From Candidatus Krumholzibacteriia bacterium (GTDB taxonomy: Bacteria > Krumholzibacteriota > Krumholzibacteriia > LZORAL124-64-63), in the NCBI GenBank assembly GCA_046484865.1, contig JAWOID010000067.1:1-28245 (forward strand): a stretch of 28,245 bases of DNA, read 5' to 3'. A program made the position numbers and the translations under genes. Shown here in pieces: positions 1 through 7,961 of the stretch (position 1 is the first letter of the stretch; each line of letters opens with the position of its first letter). A model generated the notes under the pieces. It did no database searches and had not been told where the DNA came from. It saw only the letters and a program-made list of their open reading frames with translations.

Positions 1-1
1 C

Positions 2-79
2 TTCGCGTCGCCGGCCGACTCGAGCTATATCACAGGCGAGGTGCTGACACTGCTGGGCGGGAGCACGACGGCCGGGTGA
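2..79 (+). CDS. 3' end of a short-chain dehydrogenase/reductase (partial; gene begins upstream of the window)
   Basis: Frame 2 reads FASPADSSYITGEVLTLLGGSTTAG* (TGA 77-79). SSYITGE..L.GG is the typical SDR C-terminus. Confidence 0.75.
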   Translation, partial: FASPADSSYITGEVLTLLGGSTTAG

Positions 80-91
80 GCGTTCCGGACT

Positions 92-2887
92 TCAAAGGCG
101 ACGGCGATCACGGACGCGATCGCTGCCGCACCCGCGGCCGCGGCCACGTCCGCACCCACGACCGCGTCCGCTCAACCGCGGAACCCGCAACCCGGCTTCG
201 GCCAGGAACTGGCTCGGCGCCACCGCCGAGCACACGATGTCGAGCCGGAGCCGGGCCCGCGTCATGGCCACGTAGAAGAGCCGCCGTTCGTCCTCGAGCG
301 GGTCGGCGTCGAGGTCACGAGGTTCGCCGGGTTCGCGGGGTGCGCCGGGTTCGCCGCGGTCGCCGAGATCGCCGAGATCGCCGCCGGTCGAGTCGCCGGG
401 TTCGCCGCCGTCCCGGCCGTCCGGCTCGACCGGATCGCCGGAGTCGGCCACGGAGCGCGCATGCGGGAACTGCCCCTGATCGGCTCCGTAGAGGATGACG
501 TGATCCCACTCGCGTCCCTTGGCCCCGTGGACCGTGGTCAACTCGACGCCGTCGTCCCGGCAATGGCTGCGCAGCAGTTCCGAGCCGGCGTCCAGGACGG
601 TGGCGAACCGGGCTGCGGTATATCCTCGCGCCGCGGCCTGCATCCGGTCGAGCGTCTCGATCTCGACGCACTCGGTGGCGTCGAGACGCTCCCGGGTCGC
701 GTGGAACCGGTCGAGGCCCCCCTCGCCGCGTAGCCGGGCAATCAGGCACTCCGCGCCGGATTCGCTCGAGAGAGCATCGAGCAGCGCCCCCGCCTCGGCC
801 AGCGGCTGTCTTTGCCATGACTCGACCGGCAGATCGGCGACCGCGCCGGCGAAGGAGGCGCCGGCGCGCAGACGCTCGGCCACCTCCGGCGCGGCGCCGT
901 ACGGCAGATACCGGTTCGGCGCCCGGAAGACGCGCTCGACATCGGCGGCGTCGGCCCGCCGCGGGCGCGAGAGGAGCCGCAGATAGGCCCCCACGATGGC
1001 CACCGGCGGCGGACAGCGCACCACCTTCTCGGCCGCCGCGAAGCCGATGCCGCGCCGCGCGCAGGTGAGCGCCACCTCTCGCAGCAGCACGCTCGTCCGT
1101 GCGATCACGACCGCCTCGTCGCGCGCCAGGTTCCGCAGCAGATCGGTGGCGATCGTCCGCCCCGCCGCGCCGGCGGAGACCGGATGGACGACGATCGCGC
1201 CGCATTGCGACGCTCCCGGCCGCAGCGGCTTGCGGAAGCGGCACCGGTTGTGACCGATGAGCCGGCGCGAAGCGAGGGTGATCCTCTTGCCGCAGCGGTA
1301 GTTCCGCACCAGCGGGTAGCGCTCCAGACCGGGGTAGACCTGATCGAGTTCCACCACCCGCCGCACGCTCGCGCGCCTCCACGCGTAGATGCACTGGTCC
1401 TCGTCGCCCACGCAGAAGAGCGAGTCCTGCGGCGCGGCGAGGATGCCGACGAGCAGCGCCTGGGCCGGCTCGATGTCCTGGTACTCGTCCACCAGCACGC
1501 GCTCGAAGGACGCCTGCCAGCGCTGCCGCAGCCGGGAGTCGCCCTGCAGCAGCGTCACGGCCCGGGCGATGAGGTCGTCGAAGTCGAGCATCCCCTGCTG
1601 CTGGAGCCAGTGCTCGTGAAGAGAGTAGAGGCGGGCCGCCGTGCGTTCGCGCGGACCACGGCCGCGTGAGCGGGCAAACGCCTGCTCGGCGGTGATCATC
1701 GCCACGAGCTTGAACGAGCTGATCAGGTTCTGAGCGGCGGCCGGGTCGAACCAGACGCCGTCCGGCTCCGCCAGCATCGCCTCACGGGCGAGCCGCTTCC
1801 ACTGGGCGACGCCGGGGCCACCGATCCGCCCTCGCAGCCGGCGTTCTCGCCGCAGGATCCTCAGCCCCATCCCGTGGAAGCTGGAAACCTGGACGCCGGC
1901 CAGTCCCTCTCGGGCGAGCCGCGTCTCGATCTCCGTCTTCGCGTCCCGGTTGAACGAAGCGCAGAGGATCCGATCCGGCGCCGTGCCGCGCCTGATCAGC
2001 TCGCGGGTGCGCTCGACGAGCACGGTCGTCTTGCCGCTGCCCGCCGGCGCGATCACCTGCACGACGCCGTCGCCGGCGCGAACGGCCGCGAGCTGGGCCG
2101 GGTCGAGGCGCGCGAGCATCGGCGGCAGCGGCAGCGGCGGCAGCGGCGGCAGCGGCGGCGGCGGAGTCGGCGGAGTCGGCGGCGCCGGCAGCGGCGGCGC
2201 CGGCAGCCCCGGCCGCACCAGGCCCGCCCGTCCCGCCGGTGGCGTGGGGTCGAGGGTGACCGCTCGCGGCCCGGCCCGGCCGTGCCCGAAAGGAGTCAGC
2301 CAGGGTATCAGCCGACGCCAGCGGTTGACGGCTGCCGGCCGGCGCCCGGAGGCTTCCGCGAACCGCCCGCACAGGAAATGCAGCCGCTCGAGCGTCCACG
2401 GGTAACGCCACTCGGGGTCGACGAACACCGCCGGATCCAGGTCCTCCAGGCGACGGTCCGCATGGATCAGCAGCGCGCAGGACCGCCTGAACGCGGGCTC
2501 CACCAGGTAGCCGTGGATGATCCTCAGATCGTCCAGCGAGCGGCAGCGCAGGTCGAGCACGGCGATCTTCGGGTGGTCGGCGAACGTCTTCAACCAGCGC
2601 GAGGCGGGATTTCGCAGGGAGGTGCGACCGGCGCCGCCGCTCCCTCGCGCCGCCGTGGCCGCCGCCACGAGCCGGGCGCCGGCAACGACGTGGTAGCCGG
2701 TGCGTCGCAGCCGCGAGCGCACAGGCGCCTCGACGGTCCAGATCAGGCCCGTGTCGCCCTCGGTCGGGCTGGAGTTCGCGAGTTCGCCACGTCTGGAGAT
2801 GCGGAGCCACCCCGGGTGTGTGCGGCAGGTATCGCCGCCCGCGGGAGGTCGGTTGACCCGCCGGTGGGGCAAGACCCGCGCCACCAC
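92..2887 (-). CDS. SF1 UvrD/Rep/PcrA-family DNA helicase with ~250-aa N-terminal extension (start uncertain)
   Basis: Motifs Q (LDPAQ), I (APAGSGKT), Ia (SFNRDA), II (VDEYQD), III (VGDEDQCIYAWR), IV (NYRC), V (TVHGAKGREW) and VI (ERRLFYVAMTRAR) are present in order. Confidence 0.9.
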   Translation of the reverse strand: MVARVLPHRRVNRPPAGGDTCRTHPGWLRISRRGELANSSPTEGDTGLIWTVEAPVRSRLRRTGYHVVAGARLVAAATAARGSGGAGRTSLRNPASRWLKTFADHPKIAVLDLRCRSLDDLRIIHGYLVEPAFRRSCALLIHADRRLEDLDPAVFVDPEWRYPWTLERLHFLCGRFAEASGRRPAAVNRWRRLIPWLTPFGHGRAGPRAVTLDPTPPAGRAGLVRPGLPAPPLPAPPTPPTPPPPLPPLPPLPLPPMLARLDPAQLAAVRAGDGVVQVIAPAGSGKTTVLVERTRELIRRGTAPDRILCASFNRDAKTEIETRLAREGLAGVQVSSFHGMGLRILRRERRLRGRIGGPGVAQWKRLAREAMLAEPDGVWFDPAAAQNLISSFKLVAMITAEQAFARSRGRGPRERTAARLYSLHEHWLQQQGMLDFDDLIARAVTLLQGDSRLRQRWQASFERVLVDEYQDIEPAQALLVGILAAPQDSLFCVGDEDQCIYAWRRASVRRVVELDQVYPGLERYPLVRNYRCGKRITLASRRLIGHNRCRFRKPLRPGASQCGAIVVHPVSAGAAGRTIATDLLRNLARDEAVVIARTSVLLREVALTCARRGIGFAAAEKVVRCPPPVAIVGAYLRLLSRPRRADAADVERVFRAPNRYLPYGAAPEVAERLRAGASFAGAVADLPVESWQRQPLAEAGALLDALSSESGAECLIARLRGEGGLDRFHATRERLDATECVEIETLDRMQAAARGYTAARFATVLDAGSELLRSHCRDDGVELTTVHGAKGREWDHVILYGADQGQFPHARSVADSGDPVEPDGRDGGEPGDSTGGDLGDLGDRGEPGAPREPGEPRDLDADPLEDERRLFYVAMTRARLRLDIVCSAVAPSQFLAEAGLRVPRLSGRGRGCGRGRGRGCGSDRVRDRRRL
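319..412 (-). repeat. Degenerate 9-bp in-frame repeats (GEPGDSTGGDLGDLGDRGEPGAPREPGEP) between helicase motifs V and VI
   Basis: Recurring tcgccgaga/tcgccgggt units on the + strand. Confidence 0.7.
2118..2210 (-). repeat. Poly-proline linker built from GGC-based repeats inside the helicase
   Basis: ggcggcagc/ggcggagtc units encode PAPPLPAPPTPPTPPPPLPPLPPLPLPP immediately before the Q motif. Confidence 0.8.
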
Positions 2888-2902
2888 GATCCCGCTGCGA
2901 CA

Positions 2903-4618
2903 TCACGGTTCCGCGGGCACGCTCCGCGATCCCCGACGGATCCAGAGCGCCAGCGCCACCAGCACCAGCAGGATGAGGACGAGCGAGACCTTCAGACCGT
3001 CGCGCCGGTACCTCAGCTCCTCGTTGGCCGCATGGCTCGCCGCCAGTGCGGCACGGGCATGCTCGATGCCCGCACGGTACTTCTCGTCGAACCTGGTGCC
3101 CTCGCCGGCCGCGAAGGTGTGCACGAGCACTTCGAGTTCGATCTGGGCGTCCACCGCCCGATCGATCTCGATCGCGGCGTCGCCCACCGAGACGCCTCCG
3201 CGCTCGGCCGCCAGCATCAGCCGCTCCGCGCGCGCCGTCAGCGCCATCAGCTCCCCCATCTGGTCCATGAAGATCCGACCCACCGGCCATCCAGCGGCCT
3301 CGGTCATCTCCGGATCCTCGGCATGGCAGTGGATGCAGCGGACGATCGCCTCCACGACCGGCTCGCCGGTGACCGGATGGTCGAAGGTGTAGGTCGTCTT
3401 CCCGATGCGGAACTTCGTGAACAGGCGCGCGAAGTGGGCGCGGAGACGGCGTCCGGCCTCCTCCTCCGTCGGCTCCGTGTGGAACTCGAGCTGCAAGGCC
3501 TGGTCGACCATCCAGTTGTAGAGCCGCTCGCCCGTGCGTTCGCCGGCCTGCGCCAGCAGCCGGGCCTGGACCTGCTGATAGTGCTCGCTCACCTCGCGCA
3601 GCTCGGCCGTGCCATCGTCCGTCACCTCGTGGCAGAAGAAGCAGGGAGTTCGCGGCAGCGGGTGGAGCGAGGCGATCCTCGGCGTGACGATGGCGTGATT
3701 GCCGTGACACGTGGAGCATTCGCTGAAGGTGTCGATGGGACCGAAGGTGGCGGCGGGTTCGTCGTGACAGGCGGCGCAGCTCCCGTCGGCGCTCGCCAGG
3801 TACTCGTCGTGCGCGAGGTAGGCCTCGTACTTGCCGCTGGCGCGGAACAGTTCCGACTCGCGGCCGTGACACTGTCCGCAGACGAATGCGATCGACTCCA
3901 CGCCCGGCGGCGTGGCGCCATGATTCCCGTGACAGTCGTTGCACGTGGGAGCGAACAGGTCCTCCCGGTCCAGCAGCGCGGTTGCGTGGACGCTGCGGCG
4001 CCAGCGGACGTACTGGTCGAGAGGCAGTCCGCGCCCCTGCATGATCCCGGGATCGGCGTGGCAAGCGGCGCACGTCGCCGCCAGGCGGCTCGGGTACACG
4101 GGCGACTCGTTGTCGTCGGGCCGCAGGACCAGGTGCGATCCGTGGCAGGTCACGCAGGTGGCCACGGCGGTATCGCCCTCGCGCAAGGCCTGACCGTGCC
4201 CGCTGGTCCAGTACTCCTGGAGCTGGTCGATGCGCGGGTCGGGTACGAACCGCCTCATGAAAGCAGGGTCGGCGTGGCACTCGCCGCAGAACGCCGGAAC
4301 CGTGGTCGCCCCGGGCGCCCCGAGGTACGGGTTCGGTTCCCAGGCGGGATCCATCGCCGCATCCATGTCGTCGGCCAGCGGCGGGTCGGGATTGCCGCCG
4401 TGACAGTCGTGGCAGCCGACGCCGACCTCGGCGTGCACGCTGCGGCCCCAGTCGCCGACCAGGGCGGCCGCGTCCTCGCCGATCGCGTCCGGGTCGCGAT
4501 GGCACCGCAGGCAGCTCGTCGCCGCTCTGCCGGTGGTCGCCTGAGCAGCCGCGAAAGTCGGCCAGGCCGTGGCGACCCCCAGCAGCAGGAGCAGCAGCAA
4601 GGGTCGGCGTCGGCTCAT
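2903..4618 (-). CDS. Multiheme cytochrome c, 11 CxxCH motifs, signal peptide and C-terminal membrane anchor
   Basis: CLRCH, CHDCH, CGECH, CVTCH, CAACH, CNDCH, CGQCH, CAACH, CSTCH, CFFCH, CIHCH. N-terminus MSRRRPLLLLLLLGVATAWPTFAAA; C-terminal hydrophobic VSLVLILLVLVALALWI followed by RR; AAGGAAG upstream of the ATG. Confidence 0.93.
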   Translation of the reverse strand: MSRRRPLLLLLLLGVATAWPTFAAAQATTGRAATSCLRCHRDPDAIGEDAAALVGDWGRSVHAEVGVGCHDCHGGNPDPPLADDMDAAMDPAWEPNPYLGAPGATTVPAFCGECHADPAFMRRFVPDPRIDQLQEYWTSGHGQALREGDTAVATCVTCHGSHLVLRPDDNESPVYPSRLAATCAACHADPGIMQGRGLPLDQYVRWRRSVHATALLDREDLFAPTCNDCHGNHGATPPGVESIAFVCGQCHGRESELFRASGKYEAYLAHDEYLASADGSCAACHDEPAATFGPIDTFSECSTCHGNHAIVTPRIASLHPLPRTPCFFCHEVTDDGTAELREVSEHYQQVQARLLAQAGERTGERLYNWMVDQALQLEFHTEPTEEEAGRRLRAHFARLFTKFRIGKTTYTFDHPVTGEPVVEAIVRCIHCHAEDPEMTEAAGWPVGRIFMDQMGELMALTARAERLMLAAERGGVSVGDAAIEIDRAVDAQIELEVLVHTFAAGEGTRFDEKYRAGIEHARAALAASHAANEELRYRRDGLKVSLVLILLVLVALALWIRRGSRSVPAEP

Positions 4619-4643
4619 CCGCTTCCTTTCCCTTCCCTGCGAG

Positions 4644-5807
4644 TCAACCCGCCCGGCGCGTGACCAGGGCCATCAAGGCCATCAGGACCACGGTACCGAG
4701 CGTGATCCACACCGGCATCAGCGAGTGGAATCCCCAGGCGGTCATGGCCACGACGAACACCAGCACCGCCACCCCCAGCCAGGTGAACACGGGACTGCGA
4801 CCGCGCCGGACCACCCCGCGGTCGAAGAACGGGACCAAGATCAGCAGCAGGGCGCCGAGACCGAAGGCGAGGATCGGAATGGCCTCGAACTCGATGCCGG
4901 CGACATGGCCTCCGGGCATCAGCTTGAGCGTCTGGAACATGAACATGAAGTACCACTCGGGACGGATGTCCCGGGGCGCGGGGGCGAACAGGTCGGCCTT
5001 GTCGCCCAGTTCCCAGGGGAAGAGCGCGGCGAGAGTGGCCAGCACGCCCAGTGCCAGAGTCCAGCCGAACACCTCCCTCAAGGCGTAGTGCGGCAGGAAG
5101 GGCATGGGGCGACGGCGGCGGGCCTCGTCCTCCAGCGGCGGCGGCACGCTCATGCCGTGTAGCTGCACCAGCAGCAGATGGAGCGCGAGCAGCAGCGTCG
5201 TCAGCGCCGGCAGGATGGCCACGTGCCAGCCGTAGAAGCGTGAGAGCGTGGCGCCGGTGACGCGGTCGCCGCCACGCAGGAACCGCAGCAGCCAGTCGCC
5301 GACCACCGGCACGCTGCCAGCGATATCGGTACCGACCTTGGTCGCGAAGAACGCCAGCTCGTTCCAGGGCAGCAGGTATCCCGAGAAGCCGAATCCCATG
5401 GTCAGGAACAGCAGCAGCACCCCCGAGATCCAGGTCAGCTCCCGGGGCGGCCTGTACCCCTTGACGAAATAGACGGTGGCCATGTGCACCCAGGCGAAGA
5501 AGACCATCAGGTTGGCCGACCACGAGTGGATCGAGCGCATCAACCAGCCGAAGTCGACCCTCGCCATCAAAAACTCGACCGACTCGAACGCTTCGCCCGC
5601 GGAGGGTCGGTAATACAGCATGAGCAGGATACCCGTGACCACCTGGACCACGAAGAAGAACAGGGTCATGCCGCCGAAGTAATAGACGACCGCCACGCGG
5701 TGGACCGGAACCGACTTGTGGGACGCGAAATCTCGCACCGCGGGCAGGCGCAGACGATCGTCGAACCAGCGGCCGATGCTCCGGATGACCGGGCCTGCCG
5801 CCATCAT
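4644..5807 (-). CDS. qcrB: Cytochrome b of a Rieske/cyt b complex (unsplit, 387 aa)
   Basis: Heme-ligand helices [15 protein letters not shown] and [25 protein letters not shown], and Qo motif PEWY. The ATG at 5807 follows GAGGAGG and overlaps the Rieske stop (ATGA). The ORF-track start at 6221 is too far upstream. Confidence 0.93.
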   Translation of the reverse strand: MMAAGPVIRSIGRWFDDRLRLPAVRDFASHKSVPVHRVAVVYYFGGMTLFFFVVQVVTGILLMLYYRPSAGEAFESVEFLMARVDFGWLMRSIHSWSANLMVFFAWVHMATVYFVKGYRPPRELTWISGVLLLFLTMGFGFSGYLLPWNELAFFATKVGTDIAGSVPVVGDWLLRFLRGGDRVTGATLSRFYGWHVAILPALTTLLLALHLLLVQLHGMSVPPPLEDEARRRRPMPFLPHYALREVFGWTLALGVLATLAALFPWELGDKADLFAPAPRDIRPEWYFMFMFQTLKLMPGGHVAGIEFEAIPILAFGLGALLLILVPFFDRGVVRRGRSPVFTWLGVAVLVFVVAMTAWGFHSLMPVWITLGTVVLMALMALVTRRAG

Positions 5808-6262
5808 CGCCTCCTCGAGACGACCACGGTCTGCGGCGCATCCCCGGTGAGGTGCACGTCGAAACTGTCCAGAGGCCGCGGCGGCGGGCCCGACACCACC
5901 TGTCCGCGCAGGTTGTAGATGCCGTTGTGGCAGTTGCACCAGATCCGCTCGCGATCGCGCTGGAACTCGACGATGCAATCGAGGTGGGTACAAGTGCCGG
6001 CGAAGGCCCGGAAGTCGTCGGCCGCGACCCGGATCACGATGACCGGCTCGTTTCCGAAGCGGATGATCTTGTAGCCGCTGTCGACGAACTCGGGCGCATT
6101 GACGGGCCCCGCCTCCATCTGATCGACGGAAGCTTCGACGTCCTCCGGCACCTGCAGATAGCGAAGCACGGGATAGAGCACCGCCGCCGCCAGCGCGCCG
6201 AGCGAGGTGCCGAGGAACCACTTGAGAAAGCGGCGACGTCCAGTTGGCTCGGTTCGGGGCAT
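5804..6262 (-). CDS. qcrA: Rieske 2Fe-2S subunit (152 aa) with Tat anchor
   Basis: RRRFLK twin-arginine motif followed by a TM helix; CTHLDC and CNCHNGIY boxes; GPPPRPL. ATG at 6262 follows GGGAGGAGG. Confidence 0.93.
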   Translation of the reverse strand: MPRTEPTGRRRFLKWFLGTSLGALAAAVLYPVLRYLQVPEDVEASVDQMEAGPVNAPEFVDSGYKIIRFGNEPVIVIRVAADDFRAFAGTCTHLDCIVEFQRDRERIWCNCHNGIYNLRGQVVSGPPPRPLDSFDVHLTGDAPQTVVVSRRR

Positions 6263-6465
6263 GCGCCTCCTCCCGAAACCCCGGGTCCAGGGTCTCGTGA
6301 ATGCGGGTACGGGTACTCTCCGAAATAACCGAAGATCAACCCCACCGCCAACGGAGCGTGATTCCACGACCTCGCTGTCGGTGAAGTCGGGGATGACGGC
6401 AGAAGAAGGACGGTCGACCACCAGTTCGAGGTGGTAGGGATGGTGCTGGCTCTGCTCGGAATATC

Positions 6466-6500
6466 CGAAAATAGCGCCGGGGGGCTGCGCCCCCCGGCAC
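6466..6500 (-). terminator. Intrinsic terminator candidate after the beta-barrel gene
   Basis: Minus strand GTGCCGGGGGGC-GCA-GCCCCCCGGCGC hairpin followed by TATTTT, about 30 nt after the stop. Confidence 0.65.
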
Positions 6501-6528
6501 GTCCGATCGTCTACCATCGTCCACTGGA

Positions 6529-7737
6529 TCAGAAGGCGTACTTGGCGCCCACCCGCGCCAGCAACGGCGTGGTGTTGCCGAGGCTCAACAGGTTGTTCAC
6601 CTCGCCCAGGTCGAGTTCGCCCTCGATCCGGAACGTGGCGGTCGGCGTGTAAGCCAGACCACCGGTGAGATTGACGTCGAAACCGCGCCAGCTCCGGTCG
6701 ATCTCGCCAACCTCCTCGACGGGATCCCGTTCTTCCGAGAGCCTGGACCAGGCCGCGTTCGCGCCGCCCATCACCTGGAAGCGACGGCTGATCTGCGACC
6801 AGGCGGCAACGCGCATCCCGGGCACGGTCAGGAAACTGTCGGTGAACTCTTCCTCGTCGACCGGCTCATCCTTGAAGCCCAGGTAGCTGACGTAGAACTC
6901 GGCCGTGACGCCACCGGCGTCGGTCTGCAGCAGGTGACGGCCGACATTGGCGATCACCCCCATCATGCTCTCGTCGTCATCGACCACCGAGCCGGTGCCC
7001 AGGATGAATCCGAGCTGGTAGACCCAGCCGTTGCCGCGAGCGATGCGGGCATTGATGTCGAAATTCAGGAAATCGCTCTCGAGCTCAGCGTCGCCGCCAC
7101 CGAAGGTCGAGCTCTCGCGGGAAACACTCGCAGCCAGGTCCAGGCCGTCGCCGTTGCCCCAGGTCACCTGGCCCCCGAAGGCGGTGGACTTGTCCTCGAA
7201 CTCGGGATCGGCAGCGTTGTTCTTGAATCCAGCGTCCGCGAACAGCAGACCGATCGACCAGGCGCCGCCGCCGCCGGTCGGTCGGGCGAGGGCCAGGTTG
7301 ATCATCTGACCATCGAGATAGGCGTTATAGTCCGATACGCTGGAGAGGCCGAAGGCCGGGCTGAACATCGGCCGACCGAGCGTTCCGCCCCACAGGAAGT
7401 TGGAGGCCTGGGCGCCGAGGTCGAACTGGCGGACCCGGAACAGGAGGTGATTGTTGTCATCATACTGCCAGTGCAAGGCGCCCTGAGCCTGGGATTGATC
7501 GACCGTCTTCTCGAAGGGGCGGTCGAACCCGGAGACATTGAGCTCCACGAACTCGGGATTGTGGACGATCCAGTGCGTCCAGGCACCGAACTGCGCCGTC
7601 GTCGGCATGAGCGTCGAGCCACTCATGGCGGAATGCGCCACCTCGCCGTGCAACTGGGCGATGGCTTGACCGGCGCCGCCAAACGCGACGACGACCACCA
7701 GCGCGACAAGGATTCGAACTCGACCGGACTTGAACAT
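6529..7737 (-). CDS. Predicted outer-membrane beta-barrel protein, function unknown
   Basis: Signal peptide ending AQ, alternating hydrophobic/polar strands, acidic loops, and C-terminal LLARVGAKYAF (aromatic-X-F Bam signal). GGAGGG RBS. Confidence 0.75.
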   Translation of the reverse strand: MFKSGRVRILVALVVVVAFGGAGQAIAQLHGEVAHSAMSGSTLMPTTAQFGAWTHWIVHNPEFVELNVSGFDRPFEKTVDQSQAQGALHWQYDDNNHLLFRVRQFDLGAQASNFLWGGTLGRPMFSPAFGLSSVSDYNAYLDGQMINLALARPTGGGGAWSIGLLFADAGFKNNAADPEFEDKSTAFGGQVTWGNGDGLDLAASVSRESSTFGGGDAELESDFLNFDINARIARGNGWVYQLGFILGTGSVVDDDESMMGVIANVGRHLLQTDAGGVTAEFYVSYLGFKDEPVDEEEFTDSFLTVPGMRVAAWSQISRRFQVMGGANAAWSRLSEERDPVEEVGEIDRSWRGFDVNLTGGLAYTPTATFRIEGELDLGEVNNLLSLGNTTPLLARVGAKYAF

Positions 7738-7961
7738 GAGACAGCCCTCCTAGCTTGTAGAACCCTGGGAGTCTTCCCTGACCCTACCCCTGCCCGACCC
7801 CTGCAACGAGCGACACCCGTCTGGCAGCGGTAGCCCAGCAACATATTTATTTGACGGGGGAGAATTTTTCTAGCTCGATTTTTCTTTATTGCGAAGGTTT
7901 CCGAACAGGGCGGGGGGAGCCGACGCGGGCCAGGCTCTGTCCGAGAACCCTCGGACCGAGC

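Noticed and set aside
1782..4663. Long alternative ORFs 1782..4505 (-) and 1874..4663 (+)
   Set aside because: Shadow frames of the helicase and cytochrome genes; Arg/Pro/Ala-rich with no motifs, as expected at high GC.
6325..6370. FNR/CRP-like site upstream of the Rieske gene
   Set aside because: Only one TTGAT half-site, and a palindrome with the wrong spacing.
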